Assembly (NCBI GenBank): GCA_964491455.1
Contig: CAZBFM010000001.1
Coordinates: forward strand, 3,053 to 67,052
Reading direction: 5' to 3'
From: an uncultured Candidatus Saccharibacteria bacterium
GTDB taxonomy: Bacteria > Patescibacteriota > Minisyncoccia > 2-02-FULL-40-12 > GWA2-44-9
DNA: 64,000 bases
This document shows, piece after piece, positions 60,864 to 64,000 of this stretch. Numbering within the stretch: the stretch's first letter is position 1; every line of letters begins with the position of its first letter. The translations under genes and the position numbers were made by a program. The notes below the pieces were generated by a model. It had not been told where the DNA came from. It made no database searches and was given only the letters and a program-made list of their open reading frames with translations.

Positions 60864-61790
60864 CTAGCTGGTGGCTTTCAGTCGCTTAAATGCATCTAAC
60901 AACTCTGTAGTCTGCGAATCAATTCCGAGCGATGCCGCTACGGCGTAGCTCGTCCAAAGTGACAGCGTATAGCTAGTGAGAGCCTTTTCTATGAGTGAGT
61001 CTCCCGAGAGCGCTACAGTAGTAACAGTATATCCCTTTTCACCGAGTATGGCAAGAAGTGCATCAAAATTCTTTGCGTAGTGTGTGGGCTCATTGTTGTC
61101 ACGAAAGAGCACGATTGCTGTGGATGATTGGTAGGCGCCTTCCCAGCCGACGACTTCGTTGTGTGCGCCGGAGGGGAACCAATTTACCATCACCTGGCGC
61201 TTTGCAGTTTCGGAATAGACCATCTTCCAGATGCCGGTCAGCTTGCGCCAGGGATAGGACGTATAGAGCGAAAGAATGCGATTGCCAATAATTCCTGCCA
61301 GCGATGCCCCTTGTGCTTCGAGCGAGGCTGCGTCAAATGACATGGGGATGTGCTGCGCCATCGAGAGCGATCCAAAAAGAGCCGACGTCATGAGGGCGAC
61401 ATTGACCCGAGGGATCGCATTGGCTGCAGGCAACACGATACGAGGAGAATTGTCGTCTGTCGCTAGTTTTGCGAGTGAGCCACCAGATGTGATGACGAGT
61501 GTTGATGCCCCCAGAGCGCGTGCTGCCTTATATGATGATATGGTCTCTTCGGTGTTACCAGACCATGACGTGCAAATGACGAGATCCTGGCTGGTCGCTC
61601 CTGATGGGAGATCGTAGTCCCAATGCACGAGTACGCGTTCTCGGACCATCGATAACAATTCACCGGCAACAGATGAGCCTCCCATGCCACAAGAAATGAT
61701 ACGACCCGATGGTGTGGGCATGGCGTGAGCGGATCCAAGTGCAACGCCAGTTCGTAACTGCTCGGGGATGCTAAGAATGTAGTCTCGCAT
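60864..61790 (-). CDS. bifunctional phosphoglucose/phosphomannose isomerase family (SIS domain)
   Basis: 308 aa; GMGGSSVAGE…TSWSGNTEET SIS motifs. Confidence 0.7.
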   Translation of the reverse strand: MRDYILSIPEQLRTGVALGSAHAMPTPSGRIISCGMGGSSVAGELLSMVRERVLVHWDYDLPSGATSQDLVICTSWSGNTEETISSYKAARALGASTLVITSGGSLAKLATDDNSPRIVLPAANAIPRVNVALMTSALFGSLSMAQHIPMSFDAASLEAQGASLAGIIGNRILSLYTSYPWRKLTGIWKMVYSETAKRQVMVNWFPSGAHNEVVGWEGAYQSSTAIVLFRDNNEPTHYAKNFDALLAILGEKGYTVTTVALSGDSLIEKALTSYTLSLWTSYAVAASLGIDSQTTELLDAFKRLKATS

Positions 61791-61793
61791 GGG

Positions 61794-63581
61794 CTATTTG
61801 AAGTCTCGTTCGGTGTCGATGTACCAATCCACGATATCAGTGAAGCGTCCCTCAGGGGTTGCGATTAATTCAGTTGGGTAGCCCTTCACGTCTTTTGAGA
61901 GTCCGTAGAGGTAGTGTGGGCTATAGAGGAACACAGCGGGGATGTCTTCCAAGAGTATTTTTTGGAAGTCGTCGTATTTTTGCATGCGCTCAAGAGGATT
62001 GAGCGTGCTTCGCGCCTCCTCGATGAGACGATCAGCTGTGTCATTTTTGTAGAGCGCGAGGTTGAGTCCTGGCTCTTGACGCTGGCTTGAGTGCCAAGTG
62101 GTGAATGGATCGGGATCAATCGTCATAATTTCACCGAAGAGCAAGACCTGGTAGTTGCGATCCTTGATTACTTGCTGGAGTTGCGAGATGGGGAGCGCGT
62201 CGATGGTGACTTTGATGCCGAGTTTTTCCCACTGTGTTTTGATTTCCGATGCTACCGTGGCCAGCTCTGACCAATTGGAGGTTGTAATTTTGAGCTCGAT
62301 AGGATCCTTCCCTTTTGCAAGGATGCCATCACCATTGGGCGTCCATCCACCGGCCTTGAGGACTGATTTCGCCTTAGCGAGATCATAGTCGTATGCGCGA
62401 ACGTTGGGATTGATGTCTAAGACACCACCCATCATAGGTGAATCTATTAGGAACGCGTTGCCGTCCATCGCTTCGTTGATGATTGAGATGCGATCGGTCG
62501 CATAGTTGAGTGCGAGGCGAACGTTTTTATCCGATAGTGCCTTTGATTGATTCTGATTGAAGAACAGTGCGTAATACCGTGGCATTTTTAGCTGCTCAAC
62601 GGTGATTCGCGAAGGATACTTGATGTCACGCGCTTTCATTCCCGATATGGAGCCAATACTATCGATGTCGTGCTTATTGAACGCTTCGATGAGCTGATCT
62701 TCGGTTCCATAAAACGAAAACGAAAGTGAGTCGATGTGCGCGCGACCGCCATAGAATTTGTCCCACGCCGTGAGCTTGTAACTGGTGATGCGACCTGTGT
62801 CGTCTTTTGTGAGTGATGAAAATGTATATGGGCCGGAACCAATTGGTTTTAAGTTGAGCTCGCTGAGCGAGAAGTTGCTGGGACGAATATCAGCCCAGAT
62901 GTGTCGAGGGAGGATGCCGAGTGTGAGTATGAGAGGGAACTGCGCGTACTTATTTTTCAGGTGGAAAATAACGACACGGTCGCTTATTTTTTCAGCCGTA
63001 ACGCCCTGCCAGTTTGCACGGATGCCAAGGGGGACTCCATAGTCAGAGTTTTGAGCTATCGCTACGGTGAAGAGGATGTCATCGGCTGTTACCGGTGTAC
63101 CATCGTGCCAGAGAGCATCCTGGCGTACGGTGACGCTTAGCGAGAGGCCATCGGTTGTGGTCTCTGGGAGGCTTTCAGCCAGATCGGGTACGAGTTTGCC
63201 CTTGCCGTTGTAGCGATACAGACCAGAAAATACGAGTGAAGCAATATCCCGATCCGTGTCGCTTGGAAGGGCAAGTAGTGGATTGATGAGGCGAGGGGCG
63301 CCGAGTATACCCTCGGTGAGGTTGCCCCCATTGGAAGGAACCTCAACGGTGTAGTGTCGATAGGTGGTTATGGGGAGAGACGCAAGCGAGCCCAGAAAAA
63401 TCAGTGCTAAGGCGAGAATAAGGTACCGCTCATTCTTGCTAAGTACTTTTGGTAGTAAGCGAAGTCGGCTTCGAAGGGGTAGCTTGCGCGCAAGTGAGTC
63501 TTTGATGCTCTCTCGCTCCGCTCCACCACCACCGGTGTTCATACCAAAGAAGTCCTCGAGCTGATTGTCGTACTTGTGCAT
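61794..63581 (-). CDS. ABC transporter substrate-binding protein, family 5 (oligopeptide/nickel OppA-like), N-terminal membrane anchor
   Basis: 595 aa; typical SBP_bac_5 architecture. Confidence 0.8.
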   Translation of the reverse strand: MHKYDNQLEDFFGMNTGGGGAERESIKDSLARKLPLRSRLRLLPKVLSKNERYLILALALIFLGSLASLPITTYRHYTVEVPSNGGNLTEGILGAPRLINPLLALPSDTDRDIASLVFSGLYRYNGKGKLVPDLAESLPETTTDGLSLSVTVRQDALWHDGTPVTADDILFTVAIAQNSDYGVPLGIRANWQGVTAEKISDRVVIFHLKNKYAQFPLILTLGILPRHIWADIRPSNFSLSELNLKPIGSGPYTFSSLTKDDTGRITSYKLTAWDKFYGGRAHIDSLSFSFYGTEDQLIEAFNKHDIDSIGSISGMKARDIKYPSRITVEQLKMPRYYALFFNQNQSKALSDKNVRLALNYATDRISIINEAMDGNAFLIDSPMMGGVLDINPNVRAYDYDLAKAKSVLKAGGWTPNGDGILAKGKDPIELKITTSNWSELATVASEIKTQWEKLGIKVTIDALPISQLQQVIKDRNYQVLLFGEIMTIDPDPFTTWHSSQRQEPGLNLALYKNDTADRLIEEARSTLNPLERMQKYDDFQKILLEDIPAVFLYSPHYLYGLSKDVKGYPTELIATPEGRFTDIVDWYIDTERDFK

Positions 63582-63601
63582 CGGTAGTAACCGCAGCTAC
63601 G

Positions 63602-63823
63602 TTAGGCGCCGAGTATCAGGCGCGCAATGGAAACACCCAAGAAAACAATGGTCAGAACAATGGTCGCATAGAAAACGCCACGCTCAACCCCGCGCTTGGT
63701 GCTGTACTCCATGCCCGTTCCGCCGATACCCGCTCCTAAGCCTTGTCCGCGTTGCTGCAATAATATGGATACGATAAGCAATAGCGCTGAACCGACTTGT
63801 ACATAGGTAAGAATGTTTGTCAT
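63602..63823 (-). CDS. secG: preprotein translocase subunit SecG
   Basis: 73 aa; 2 TM; LLQQRGQGLGAGIGG glycine-rich loop. Confidence 0.7.
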   Translation of the reverse strand: MTNILTYVQVGSALLLIVSILLQQRGQGLGAGIGGTGMEYSTKRGVERGVFYATIVLTIVFLGVSIARLILGA

Positions 63824-63840
63824 AAGTGATTAGGAATTGT

Positions 63841-64000
63841 GTCCCTTGGGTGCTAGCACTGTGGTTATAGCGCTAATGATGAGCGTAGACCAGAGGAGCG
63901 ACCAAAGGCCAGAAATATAGACACGATCAACGAGCTCGGAAACAATCCATAGGATGCCAGCGTTTAGGATAAAGGTAAAGAGGCCGAGGGAAATGAGGAG
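63841..64000 (-). CDS. C-terminal part of membrane protein (DUF360/holin-4-like), runs off window
   Basis: …NAGILWIVSELVDRVYISGLWSLLWSTLIISAITTVL…. Confidence 0.3.

Overview
This 64 kb window has about 50% GC and looks like a streamlined Patescibacteria/CPR-type genome. The calls that a reviewer should double-check are marked as approximate below.

Layout, in order:
- 1-9.8 kb, plus strand: a ribosomal-protein operon running rplC(3' end)-rplD-rplW-rplB-rpsS-rplV-rpsC-rplP-rpmC-rpsQ-rplN-rplX-rplE-rpsN(Z)-rpsH-rplF-rplR-rpsE-rplO-secY. There is no L30 gene between S5 and L15.
- 9.85-10.9 kb: a roughly 1.1 kb high-GC (about 65%) insertion with its own strong promoter and a Cys4/Lys-rich ORF, then a tandem structured repeat with a terminator.
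- 11-12.9 kb: adk and map.
- 13.5-16.9 kb: a stand-alone 23S-5S rRNA operon with no 16S upstream.
- 17-34 kb: RodA/FtsW, rpoB, rpoC, ftsK, TspO, hemerythrin, a pseudouridine synthase, MgtC and an ABC-2 exporter.
- 34-39 kb: recA, the rpsF-ssb-rpsR operon on the minus strand, two small genes sharing a conserved leader, and ychF.
- 38.9-49.5 kb: an integrative/defence island. It carries a large serine recombinase, a zinc-finger protein, a primase-helicase, a small protein, a 761-aa Abi/UG-like reverse transcriptase, a C5-methyltransferase with a putative HpaII-like endonuclease, and a NYN nuclease.
- 49.6-53.8 kb: a diversity-generating retroelement (DGR). It has a target gene with a C-terminal variable region (VR), a template region (TR), an opposite-strand avd-like four-helix-bundle gene, a DGR-type reverse transcriptase, and two further target paralogs with degenerate VRs. 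TR-to-VR mismatches fall almost exclusively on TR adenines.
- 53.8-64 kb: pmm, trpS, a tandem array of four small helical paralogs (three ending in DnaJ-like CxxCxGxG zinc ribbons, each with its own promoter and an identical terminator), RNase J, tRNA-Leu(CAG), PGI/PMI, an OppA-like substrate-binding protein and secG.

The findings worth most attention are the DGR and its apparently new small cytoplasmic target family, the defence island with its extended reverse transcriptase, the zinc-ribbon paralog array, and the high-GC insertion in the secY-adk junction.
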